Below, piece by piece: positions 46,664-54,649 of a stretch of DNA of 64,000 bases (position 1 is the stretch's first letter; each line of letters opens with the position of its first letter). Origin of the DNA: Candidatus Omnitrophota bacterium (lineage in GTDB: Bacteria; Omnitrophota; Gorgyraeia; Gygaellales; Profunditerraquicolaceae); NCBI GenBank assembly GCA_003644385.1, contig QNCD01000001.1:598-64597 (forward strand), read 5' to 3'. The notes under the pieces are model-generated. The model was not told the origin of the DNA. It made no database searches and was given only the letters and a program-made list of their open reading frames with translations. Position numbers and translations under genes: made by a program.

Positions 46664-47257
46664 TTATTTTTTCCTGTTTTTAATCAGGTTGTTTATGGCG
46701 ATTAATATTCCCAAAGTCATTAGAGCGCCGGGAGCTAATACCATGATACCCGCCGGATTAAAATTCGTTAAAATATTATGCCCCAGTAACGTACCATTCC
46801 CGAGTAATTCTCTGATTAATGCTACCGAAGACAAAGCTAAGGTAAAACCTACACCCATACCCAGGCCATCCATAATTGAAGGCAGCACCTTGTTCCTGGA
46901 TGCAAATGCCTCTGCCCTGCCCATGATAATGCAATTGACTACAATTAAAGGGACAAAAATCCCCAAGCGTTTGGCTAACAAGGGGGCGAAAGCCGCCATG
47001 AGTAATTCTACGATAGTCACGAATGAAGCGATTACTACAATAAAGCAAGGAATACGGATTTTATCCGGCACAAATTTCCTTAAACTTGAGATAATCAAGT
47101 TAGAAAAAAATAAAACAAAGGTCGCCGCTATTCCCATGCCAATGGCATTTTCTAAAGAAGTTGAAACCGCCAACGCCGGACATAGCCCCAGGACAATCAC
47201 GAATACGGGATTTTCTTTGAAAATTCCTTTTGTGAGCTCTTTAAACAGCTTTATCAT
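46664..47257 (-). CDS. rnfE: Rnf complex subunit E
   Basis: ENPVF..LGLCPALAV, IRIP, PLIVVNCIIMGRAEAFA. Confidence 0.95.
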   Translation of the reverse strand: MIKLFKELTKGIFKENPVFVIVLGLCPALAVSTSLENAIGMGIAATFVLFFSNLIISSLRKFVPDKIRIPCFIVVIASFVTIVELLMAAFAPLLAKRLGIFVPLIVVNCIIMGRAEAFASRNKVLPSIMDGLGMGVGFTLALSSVALIRELLGNGTLLGHNILTNFNPAGIMVLAPGALMTLGILIAINNLIKNRKK

Positions 47258-48210
47258 TTTATTTTGCCGTAAACCCGGGGGGGAGTCGCCCTATCTATTA
47301 AAGGAACAAATGCATTCATAATCAAAATAGCAAATGAAACTCCTTCGGGATAGCCTCCCCATTTTCTTATAACAAAGGTAAGCAAACCGCATCCGATGCC
47401 GAAAACAATCTGGCCTTTTCTGGTCAGGGGCGAAGTAACATAATCCGTAGCCATAAAAAATGCACCCAGTATCACCCCGCCGGTTAAAACCGCAAAAAGA
47501 GGATCTCCTCCTCCAATGCTATTACCCGAAAATAGCCAGTTAAGAAACCCTAAAGTTAATATAAAAATTAAAGGGATGTGTAAAGAAATAATTCTTAAAA
47601 CCAATAGAAAAACAGCTCCGATTAATAAAGCCGGTACTGCTACTTCGCCTATACACCCGGCACGATTGCCTAAGAACAGATCTAAATAACTCAGGCCCAT
47701 TTCCGGCAAACTCATATTTGATTCTTTTAATAAGTATAGCGGGGTTGCAGAGGTTACGCTGTCAGCTTGCGAAAAAGGCGCAGTGAATTGCGTCATATAT
47801 TTAGGCCAGGAAATTAAAAGGAAAGCGCGGGCAGCAAGTGCAGGATTAAAAATATTCCTGCCTAATCCGCCAAAGGCCTGCTTGGCAATAGCAATAGCAA
47901 AAAAACTGCCCACTGCAGGAATCCAAGGCGGCACCTGGGGGGGCAAATTATAAGCTACAAGCAAACCGGTTAAAACCGCGCTTCCGTCAAAGATAGTAAT
48001 CCTTCTTCGCCTTAAAACTATAATCACGGATTCGGTAATGACAGCGGATAAAATAGAAATTGTAATCAGCTGTAACGAGTATAATCCGAAAGTAAAGGTG
48101 GCAGCTATTGCCGCAGGCGCAAGCGCTAAAATCACCATCCACATAATCCAGGAAATTGTTTCTTTTTTATGGATATGAGGAGAAGTGGATACGATTAATC
48201 TCTCATTCAT
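47254..48210 (-). CDS. rnfD: Rnf complex subunit D
   Basis: STSPH, FGGLGRNIFNPA, SATPL (FMN site), FFMATDYVTSP, YPEGV. Confidence 0.95.
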   Translation of the reverse strand: MNERLIVSTSPHIHKKETISWIMWMVILALAPAAIAATFTFGLYSLQLITISILSAVITESVIIVLRRRRITIFDGSAVLTGLLVAYNLPPQVPPWIPAVGSFFAIAIAKQAFGGLGRNIFNPALAARAFLLISWPKYMTQFTAPFSQADSVTSATPLYLLKESNMSLPEMGLSYLDLFLGNRAGCIGEVAVPALLIGAVFLLVLRIISLHIPLIFILTLGFLNWLFSGNSIGGGDPLFAVLTGGVILGAFFMATDYVTSPLTRKGQIVFGIGCGLLTFVIRKWGGYPEGVSFAILIMNAFVPLIDRATPPRVYGKIK

Positions 48211-48704
48211 TGGATTATCTTTTTAAGTGTCTGTTTTACGGAATCAATCAGCGCCGAAGAAGAGACAGTTGCCCCGGAAATACTGTCAATATTATCTAAG
48301 GCCTTTTTCCCTTTAAACCTACTAAGGAATTTTTCTTCAGTAATCTGTGTACCTATCCCCGGAGTCTCATTCTGCTCCAATACTTTAACCGCAATGATTT
48401 CTCCTTCAGGGGTAATGCTTACAACTGCCCTGATAACACTGGAATATCCTTTTGCTTCACTGATAAAAACATAGCCGATATTATTACCGGAGAAATCTTT
48501 AGCTTTATAGTAAACTAAACCTTCCTCCTCAACCTTCTCTATTCCTCGCGCTTGCGGCATTACTTCTTTAATTGCGTTGTTCTCTTGCTCAGCCTTTGTT
48601 TCTTCTATAATAGGTTGTGTTATGCTGGCAACAGCACTAAGCAATATTGCCGCAAAGAAACAGATTGAGAAAAGAACAGCGCTGTATTTTAAGGTCTCCT
48701 TCAT
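48207..48704 (-). CDS. rnfG: Rnf complex subunit G
   Basis: N-terminal transmembrane helix, GYSS, ETPGIG, ISGATVSS (FMN site). Confidence 0.93.
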   Translation of the reverse strand: MKETLKYSAVLFSICFFAAILLSAVASITQPIIEETKAEQENNAIKEVMPQARGIEKVEEEGLVYYKAKDFSGNNIGYVFISEAKGYSSVIRAVVSITPEGEIIAVKVLEQNETPGIGTQITEEKFLSRFKGKKALDNIDSISGATVSSSALIDSVKQTLKKIIQ

Positions 48705-48707
48705 TCT

Positions 48708-50012
48708 TCACCTCTTAGACATTAATTTCGCGTATTTCATATGCTGGACCATGTCTCTTTTTGATGGGCAGACAAAACTGCATAGACCGCACTCAATGCA
48801 TTCTAAGACACCATAAACTTTCGCCAGTTCCCAATCTTTATTTGTAACAGCCAGGCTAATCATACATGGCATAAGCCCGGCAGGACACTGCCGTACACAT
48901 TCACCGCAGCGAATACAAAATTCTTCCTTGGCCAGGCGTGCTTCTTTCTTATTTAATAAAATAACTCCGCTGGTAGATTTGGTTACCGCGACGTCCTGAG
49001 TATACTGAGCAATACCCATCATTGGCCCGCCAATGACTATCTTGGCCGGATCTTTTTTTAAAGGTGCGCAATAATCTATGAGGTTTTTTATCGGAGTACC
49101 GATACGCACCAGAAGGTTTTTCGGGCTGGCTAAACAGCTGCCTGTAACTGTAACTATGCGTTCGTAAAGGGATTTATATTTATATACGGCATTATAAACG
49201 GCAAACACCGTTGCTACATTATGCACTACTACCCCGACGTCAAAAGGAAGCTTGCCTGATGGGACCTCTTTATTAAGTATATTCTTTATGAGCTGCTTTT
49301 CTCCGCCTTGAGGATAATAAGATTTTAATACCGGCATAGAGTATTTTACGTTTTCTCTGCCAGAACCGCCAGCCTTAATTATCGCTTCTTTAAAATATTT
49401 TACAGCTTCGGGCTTATTATCTTCTATGGCAATATATACATTTTTTACTCCCAGGCATTTTACCAAAAGTTCTACACCCCGCAAGATTTCATCTGTTTTC
49501 TCTATCATTAAGCGGTAATCGCAGGTCAAATAAGGTTCACATTCGGCGCAATTAATAATCAAGTCTGTAACGGGCCTGGGAGGATTAAGCTTTACGTGGG
49601 TGGGGAAAGCAGCTCCCCCTAAACCTACAATACCGGCCTGACGGATAATCTCCCGTAATTGTTCCGGCGCCAAGGAGGGTATTTCTTCCTGCTTATAAGG
49701 ATCCACAGATAAGACGAAACTGTCTTTACCGTCGCTTTCTATAACTATAGCCTTGCTTTTGCCTAAAACCGGATGAGGCCAATCCTGAATAGCTAAAATT
49801 TTCCCGGAAACCGAAGCATGTAGAACAGCAGATATCAAGCCTTGCGCATCGGCAATTTTTTGTCCTACTAATACAACATCGCCTGTTTTAACCACTGGTT
49901 CGCTGGGCTTTCCGGTATGCTGGCTTAAATAAAGATAGGCCTTAGAAGGAAGAGGCAGCTCTTCGATAATTTTATTTTCGGTCGAGTGTTTATTTTCTTC
50001 TATTTTAACCAT
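48708..50012 (-). CDS. rnfC: Rnf complex subunit C
   Basis: QHTG, HASVSG, GLGGAAFPTHVK, AECEPYLT, YPQGGE, GGPMMG, two 4Fe-4S motifs. Confidence 0.96.
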   Translation of the reverse strand: MVKIEENKHSTENKIIEELPLPSKAYLYLSQHTGKPSEPVVKTGDVVLVGQKIADAQGLISAVLHASVSGKILAIQDWPHPVLGKSKAIVIESDGKDSFVLSVDPYKQEEIPSLAPEQLREIIRQAGIVGLGGAAFPTHVKLNPPRPVTDLIINCAECEPYLTCDYRLMIEKTDEILRGVELLVKCLGVKNVYIAIEDNKPEAVKYFKEAIIKAGGSGRENVKYSMPVLKSYYPQGGEKQLIKNILNKEVPSGKLPFDVGVVVHNVATVFAVYNAVYKYKSLYERIVTVTGSCLASPKNLLVRIGTPIKNLIDYCAPLKKDPAKIVIGGPMMGIAQYTQDVAVTKSTSGVILLNKKEARLAKEEFCIRCGECVRQCPAGLMPCMISLAVTNKDWELAKVYGVLECIECGLCSFVCPSKRDMVQHMKYAKLMSKR

Positions 50013-51262
50013 GTGGTCTTACTATAATAAATAAAATTTACCAGGCCTAAGAGAGTAAATATACAACCCACTACAAAAAGAATCAAAACATGTGAGTACT
50101 TTTCCGCTAGAAGTCCGCTTATATACATGAATATCAAAAATCCCAGATGGATAATAATCTCTATAGAGCTGAAAATCTTTCCCATCATTGCATTATCGCT
50201 GACATTATGGATAATAGTGATCGAGGCGATAATAGTTGGAGAAACCACAAAGCCTAAAAGAAAAGAAAGAGCCGCGGCGTTTATAAAATAAGGGTAGCCG
50301 GACAAAACAAAAACAAAAATTATCAGCATTATACCGCTTAGGATAAGAGAAGAAAATATCATTTTATAATGGGAAATTTTTGAGCCAAAACGGCCATAGG
50401 AAAGAGAACCAAAAAATAAACCCAAGCCGAAAAACATCATCACCAGGCCTAAATCTAAAGTCGCCGAATGCAGGGTATTCTGCACAAAGGCAATCAGTAC
50501 CACGGAAGCTGCGCCCAAAGCAGAAGACAGAATAAACATCACTCCTGCGGTAAACCTGATATCTTTATTTCGGACAAAATATAAAATGCCTTCCTTTACT
50601 TCCTGAAAAACAGATTTCTTAATCTTATCGATAACTTCTACTATCTCATGGCCGACTTTTTTGAGGTTTACCCGCGGAATAGTTTTCTTGGCGATTAAAA
50701 AAATCAAAAGCCCGGATATCAGAAAACTCCCCGCATCTAGATAAAAACCGCCCTTTGCACCCAGCCATTCAACCAATACTCCGCTTATTCCGAATCCTAA
50801 TACTGCGGCAATCATACCGGTTATATGCACCAATGAATTAGCCATCAGTAAATCTTTTTCCTGTACCAGGTCCGGTATAATCGCCAGTTTTGCCGGTACA
50901 AAAAACCTTCCGATTGCAAAAATTATAAATATCAAAAAATACAAAAGAGCCATGCGTTCGGCGTAAAATAAAAATAAGGGGATGATTAAAACTAAAACTG
51001 CCCTTAAAAAATCGCAGATATACATGGTGCGGCGCCTGTCCCAGCGATCTACGTAAACTCCGGCAATAGGGCCAATCAAAAAAACAGGGATTATGGTAAA
51101 CGAGAGGATTTTAGCAATTTCTACGGTAGACCCTGGCGCTCTTAAATAAACAAAGGCTATCAACGCCATTTGGCCAAGCCGGTCACCGACCTGAGAGATT
51201 ATCTGGCCCAGCCAGAGAAAGAAGAAATTATGATTTTTTAGGATGTTGCCGAATTTAGACAT
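50000..51262 (-). CDS. MFS transporter (DHA3/H+-antiporter-like)
   Basis: LWLGQIISQVGD, AGVYVDRWDRRR; 12 hydrophobic segments. Confidence 0.9.
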   Translation of the reverse strand: MSKFGNILKNHNFFFLWLGQIISQVGDRLGQMALIAFVYLRAPGSTVEIAKILSFTIIPVFLIGPIAGVYVDRWDRRRTMYICDFLRAVLVLIIPLFLFYAERMALLYFLIFIIFAIGRFFVPAKLAIIPDLVQEKDLLMANSLVHITGMIAAVLGFGISGVLVEWLGAKGGFYLDAGSFLISGLLIFLIAKKTIPRVNLKKVGHEIVEVIDKIKKSVFQEVKEGILYFVRNKDIRFTAGVMFILSSALGAASVVLIAFVQNTLHSATLDLGLVMMFFGLGLFFGSLSYGRFGSKISHYKMIFSSLILSGIMLIIFVFVLSGYPYFINAAALSFLLGFVVSPTIIASITIIHNVSDNAMMGKIFSSIEIIIHLGFLIFMYISGLLAEKYSHVLILFVVGCIFTLLGLVNFIYYSKTTWLK

Positions 51263-51302
51263 ATTTTTGCTTACTAATCCCGGGACCCTGCGAATAATCT
51301 TA

Positions 51303-51377
51303 TGGAGCCGATGAGTGGAATCGAACCACCAACCTGAGCTTTACGAAAGCCCTGCTCTACCATTGAGCCACATCGGC
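51303..51377 (-). tRNA. tRNA-Thr(CGT), CCA encoded
   Basis: GCCGATGTGGCTCAATGGTAGAGCAGGGCTTTCGTAAAGCTCAGGTTGGTGGTTCGATTCCACTCATCGGCTCCA. Confidence 0.95.
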
Positions 51378-51494
51378 ACTCGAAGGATCCCGGTAAAATC
51401 AAAAATAAATATTCTGCGACAAATTAGGCTTTTTGCAGCAAAATATGCTTACAACGCATAAGTAATATTCGTTTATTATAGCATAATAAATATA

Positions 51495-51522
51495 TTGACA
51501 AAACAAAAAAAGCTGATATAGT
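51495..51522 (+). promoter_or_regulatory. Sigma70-type promoter for the cold-shock gene
   Basis: TTGACA-16 bp-TATAGT with a TG extension. Confidence 0.6.
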
Positions 51523-51579
51523 AAAAAACGAAAAGGAAATTTTATTAAAATAGTGAAAGATTTAAAAAGAATTTTATCT

Positions 51580-51620
51580 CCGTAAAGTACCTTAAAATTC
51601 CCAGTACTTTACGGTTTTTT
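51580..51620 (+). terminator. Terminator-like hairpin in the csp 5' leader
   Basis: CCGTAAAGTAC/GTACTTTACGG 11-bp stem plus T6, just before the GGAGGTG Shine-Dalgarno site. Confidence 0.65.
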
Positions 51621-51647
51621 ATTTGGAGGGAGGTGAAAAAGTAATAA

Positions 51648-51848
51648 ATGGCAAAAGGCAAAGTAAAATGGTTCAGCAATCAAAAGGGTTATGGCTTTAT
51701 TACCGGGGAAGACGGTAAAGACGTATTTGTGCATCACAGCGCGATTCTAGGTGAGGGCTATAAAACTTTGGAAGAAGGGCAAGAAGTAGAATTTGAAGTT
51801 ACTCAGGGGCCAAAAGGAGAACAGGCAACTAACGTCAACAAGTTATAA
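51648..51848 (+). CDS. Cold-shock protein (CspA family)
   Basis: [26 protein letters not shown]. Confidence 0.97.
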   Translation: MAKGKVKWFSNQKGYGFITGEDGKDVFVHHSAILGEGYKTLEEGQEVEFEVTQGPKGEQATNVNKL

Positions 51849-51862
51849 AGGGCTTCTAACCT

Positions 51863-51901
51863 AAAAAACCGTTGTCTCTAAATAGAAACAACGGTTTTTT
51901 T
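51863..51901. terminator. Bidirectional intrinsic terminator
   Basis: AAAAAACCGTTGT..ACAACGGTTTTTTT between convergent genes. Confidence 0.85.
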
Positions 51902-51920
51902 ATTTAGTATTTAGATAAAA

Positions 51921-52628
51921 TTATCTGCGCCTTCCTCTGCCACCGCCTTTGGCAGGAGTGCGTCCCCCTTGAGCTGCCGGTTTCTGGCCCTTCTGCATAC
52001 CTTTATCGCGCCGGTCTTCTCTGCGGTCACGCCTATCTTCTCTTCTGTCAAGGCGGTCTTCTCTTCTATCTCTTAATCCAGCAGGTGATGCGCCTTCTCC
52101 TATTGGCGGGCCTAGTCTTCTGCCTGGGCCCTGTGCAGGCGGGCCAACTCTTCTACCTGGAAGCGGGCCTGAACCCTGACCTTCGCCTTTAGGAGGCGGA
52201 CCAACTCTTCTGCCTAGGCCTTTAGGAGGCGGGCCAACTCTTCTTCCGCGAGGCGGAGGCTCTCCTTCCTGGCGCGCTCCTCTGATATCCTCTCTTAATT
52301 CTCCCCTGGCATCTTTTAATGCCTGCTGATCTTCTCGTTTCTGTTGGACATTCGCCTCATGGGTTTGTCTCAACTGCTCCCTGAGTGACCTTGCAGTCTC
52401 AAAATCCCCTGCCTGCTCAGCTTCTCTAATCTGTTCGCGCAATTGCTGCTCTTCTTCTCTTGCTGCCTGAGCACTTTCTTTTATGCTTTCTTTTTGGGCA
52501 TCGACTGCCTCTTTGGCAGCGCTAATCTTACTTTGCCAATCAGTTTCTTCTTCTTGCGCCGACACACCGGTTGTCAATGCAAATAACCACAAACCAACAA
52601 CCGTACTAATTAAAAATGGCCTTTTCAT
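51921..52628 (-). CDS. Secreted coiled-coil protein with an Arg/Gly/Pro low-complexity tail
   Basis: Signal peptide (VSA-Q), E/Q/R-rich helix, four GRR[VL]GPP repeats, DRREDR repeats. Confidence 0.75.
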   Translation of the reverse strand: MKRPFLISTVVGLWLFALTTGVSAQEEETDWQSKISAAKEAVDAQKESIKESAQAAREEEQQLREQIREAEQAGDFETARSLREQLRQTHEANVQQKREDQQALKDARGELREDIRGARQEGEPPPRGRRVGPPPKGLGRRVGPPPKGEGQGSGPLPGRRVGPPAQGPGRRLGPPIGEGASPAGLRDRREDRLDRREDRRDRREDRRDKGMQKGQKPAAQGGRTPAKGGGRGRRR

Positions 52629-52820
52629 ATTACACCTCCGTAAATAATATTATAAATACAAAAATTTTAAAAACAACTATTATTTACATATTAGATGATC
52701 GCAGCTTGGCCGCATAGAATTATCCTATATGGTATTTATAAGCGACCTGCCAAAAATCCTACATTTTTTCAACCAGACGTGATATTAAACCATCATGATT
52801 AAGAAGAGTAACAAAGAGGG

Positions 52821-53250
52821 TTACTTTACAACTACCAATAATACTACAATATCATCTCCCGCTTCGCCAGCCCAAGGCGCAAATTCTTTTTGCTTATTAG
52901 GACCCTTGCTTAAATAGTAACATCTAATTTCCCCTGTAACAGTTAACCAAAATGTGGCAAACTAAGCCTCTCCCCATGGGGCAAAGCGTACTTCATTTCT
53001 ATAGGAACCGTTCCAGCCTGGAATTATCGGCTCATCGGGACTATCAAGTAAACCAGGGAACGCGTCATGCTTTTGTGTATCATAATACATCTGCCTATAT
53101 GCAAAATGCTAATCCTTCCAAATCTGCATTTGCCTTGGCTATCTGGGCATCAAGTTTGCTTGTTTTAAAAAGAGGGATTATTGCTCTGGATAAGACGGTG
53201 AGGATAGTGATGACAATTAAAAGTTCTAATAATGTAAAAGCGCCTCTCAT
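52821..53250 (-). pseudogene. Degraded GspG-like major pseudopilin
   Basis: MRGAFTLLELLIVITIL... stops at 53095. Other frames give MYYDT...PGWNGSY...APWGRG and SKGPN...GDDI, which are GspG landmarks. Confidence 0.75.
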
Positions 53251-53289
53251 ATTCTCTACTCTCGTCCACTTATACCACTGAATTAAATC

Positions 53290-53333
53290 CAAAAAAATAA
53301 AAAGAGAGGAACTTTTTGTAAGTCCCTCTCTTT
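53290..53333 (-). terminator. Terminator of the tRNA-Phe transcript
   Basis: AAAGAGAGG...CCTCTCTTT hairpin followed by a T-rich run on the - strand. Confidence 0.65.
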
Positions 53334-53392
53334 AGATATGGTGCCTAGCTCCTCGCTGCGCTTCGGAGTCGGCAGTAACTCCTAAGTTAAAG

Positions 53393-53464
53393 TGCCGAGG
53401 GGGAGAATCGGACTCCCCACGCCGGCCTTTTCAGGGCCGCGCTCTACCACTGAGCTACCTCGGC
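53393..53464 (-). tRNA. tRNA-Phe(GAA); CCA not encoded; T-loop TCCGATT
   Basis: GCCGAGGTAGCTCAGTGGTAGAGCGCGGCCCTGAAAAGGCCGGCGTGGGGAGTCCGATTCTCCCCCTCGGCA. Confidence 0.92.
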
Positions 53465-53498
53465 TAAAACTTATTTTGACGAATTTAAAGCTAATTTA

Positions 53499-54230
53499 TT
53501 ATTCGCTGTGGTTTAATCTTTTTACCACAAACGGAGAAAAAATCAAGTAAAGTAAAAAGAGCGAAAACATGGTAGTGCCTGCTTTTTTAAAGAAGATGCT
53601 TAAAATTATTAAAAGGAATGAAGCTAAAAGAACGCTCTTGGTTTTTTTACCGAATAACTGTTGCAGTCCGTCTAGATTAAGGTATCTGGCCCGCGAAATC
53701 ATCAATAATGCCAAAACCACTACTAAAAGGAGAAAAACAAACGGAACATATTTCGGCAATTCTGTAAGGTGGGCTGGGAAAGCTATCTCTGCTGTGGCCT
53801 GGCTTTTTCTGAATATCAAGACAAAAGAAGCCAATACCCCGCCGCTTGCCGTAGTAGGCAAACCATAGAAATACTTAGCCAGTTTTTCCTTAGGAGTTAT
53901 ATTATATTTTGCTAGGCGCCAGACGCTACAACATAGATATATTAATAAAGCCAAAGTAGCCCAAAGATAAAAATCGCGGTAAATAAAAATATAGCCTAAA
54001 ACCGAAGGCGCTATGCCGAAAGAAACAACATCCACTAAGGAATCTATTTCCTTGCCGAATTCGCTTGGTTTTGGATTACGCCTTGCGATTTGGCCGTCTA
54101 TGCCGTCAAAGATAACCGATAAAATTATTGACCAGGAAGCAAAAGTAAAATGGCTCTCCAAGGAAAAGATAACTGAGGCAAAGCCGCAAATCAGGCTTAA
54201 ACCTGTAATAAAATTGGCTAAATAATTCAT
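53499..54230 (-). CDS. pssA: CDP-diacylglycerol-serine O-phosphatidyltransferase
   Basis: DGIDGQIAR, FGKEIDSLVDVVSFGIAP, RLAKYN, FYGLP. Confidence 0.88.
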   Translation of the reverse strand: MNYLANFITGLSLICGFASVIFSLESHFTFASWSIILSVIFDGIDGQIARRNPKPSEFGKEIDSLVDVVSFGIAPSVLGYIFIYRDFYLWATLALLIYLCCSVWRLAKYNITPKEKLAKYFYGLPTTASGGVLASFVLIFRKSQATAEIAFPAHLTELPKYVPFVFLLLVVVLALLMISRARYLNLDGLQQLFGKKTKSVLLASFLLIILSIFFKKAGTTMFSLFLLYLIFSPFVVKRLNHSE

Positions 54231-54646
54231 TTTACCTCTTCCATGATTTTTACGAACATATCCTGGGCTAAGTTTAAATTGGGAAAATGGTATTTACGAG
54301 CAGATACCCTTAACCTGGTTGTGGCGGCGGTTAACCTACTTAATCTTATATATACCCGGCTGGCTTCAATTTCTGCGTCAATCAAACCTCTTGCCTTATC
54401 TTCCTCTCTTATAGTACCGCGAATCCTGCTTATCCTTAAAGCAGCTCTCCATAAATTATCGTAATCAACGTCAGTCTCACCCTCAATGGTATCCTTACTT
54501 ATTGCATAGCCTCCCACTACCCCCACGGCAGCGCCCACAACTAAAGCTGTTGCGCAGCCACATACCCCCGTAAACATAAAAATCAATAGTAAAAAAATCG
54601 GAATTATTTTTTTAAATTGGTATTCTTTACTTGCCATTTGATACAC
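54227..54646 (-). CDS. DUF3568-like lipoprotein (exact start uncertain)
   Basis: Lipobox VCGC followed by a Gly/Ala-rich segment and a small alpha/beta domain. Confidence 0.6.
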   Translation of the reverse strand: MYQMASKEYQFKKIIPIFLLLIFMFTGVCGCATALVVGAAVGVVGGYAISKDTIEGETDVDYDNLWRAALRISRIRGTIREEDKARGLIDAEIEASRVYIRLSRLTAATTRLRVSARKYHFPNLNLAQDMFVKIMEEVK

Positions 54647-54649
54647 CTG

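Noticed and set aside
52952-53281. + strand 109-aa ORF
   Set aside because: Antisense to the GspG-like pseudogene.
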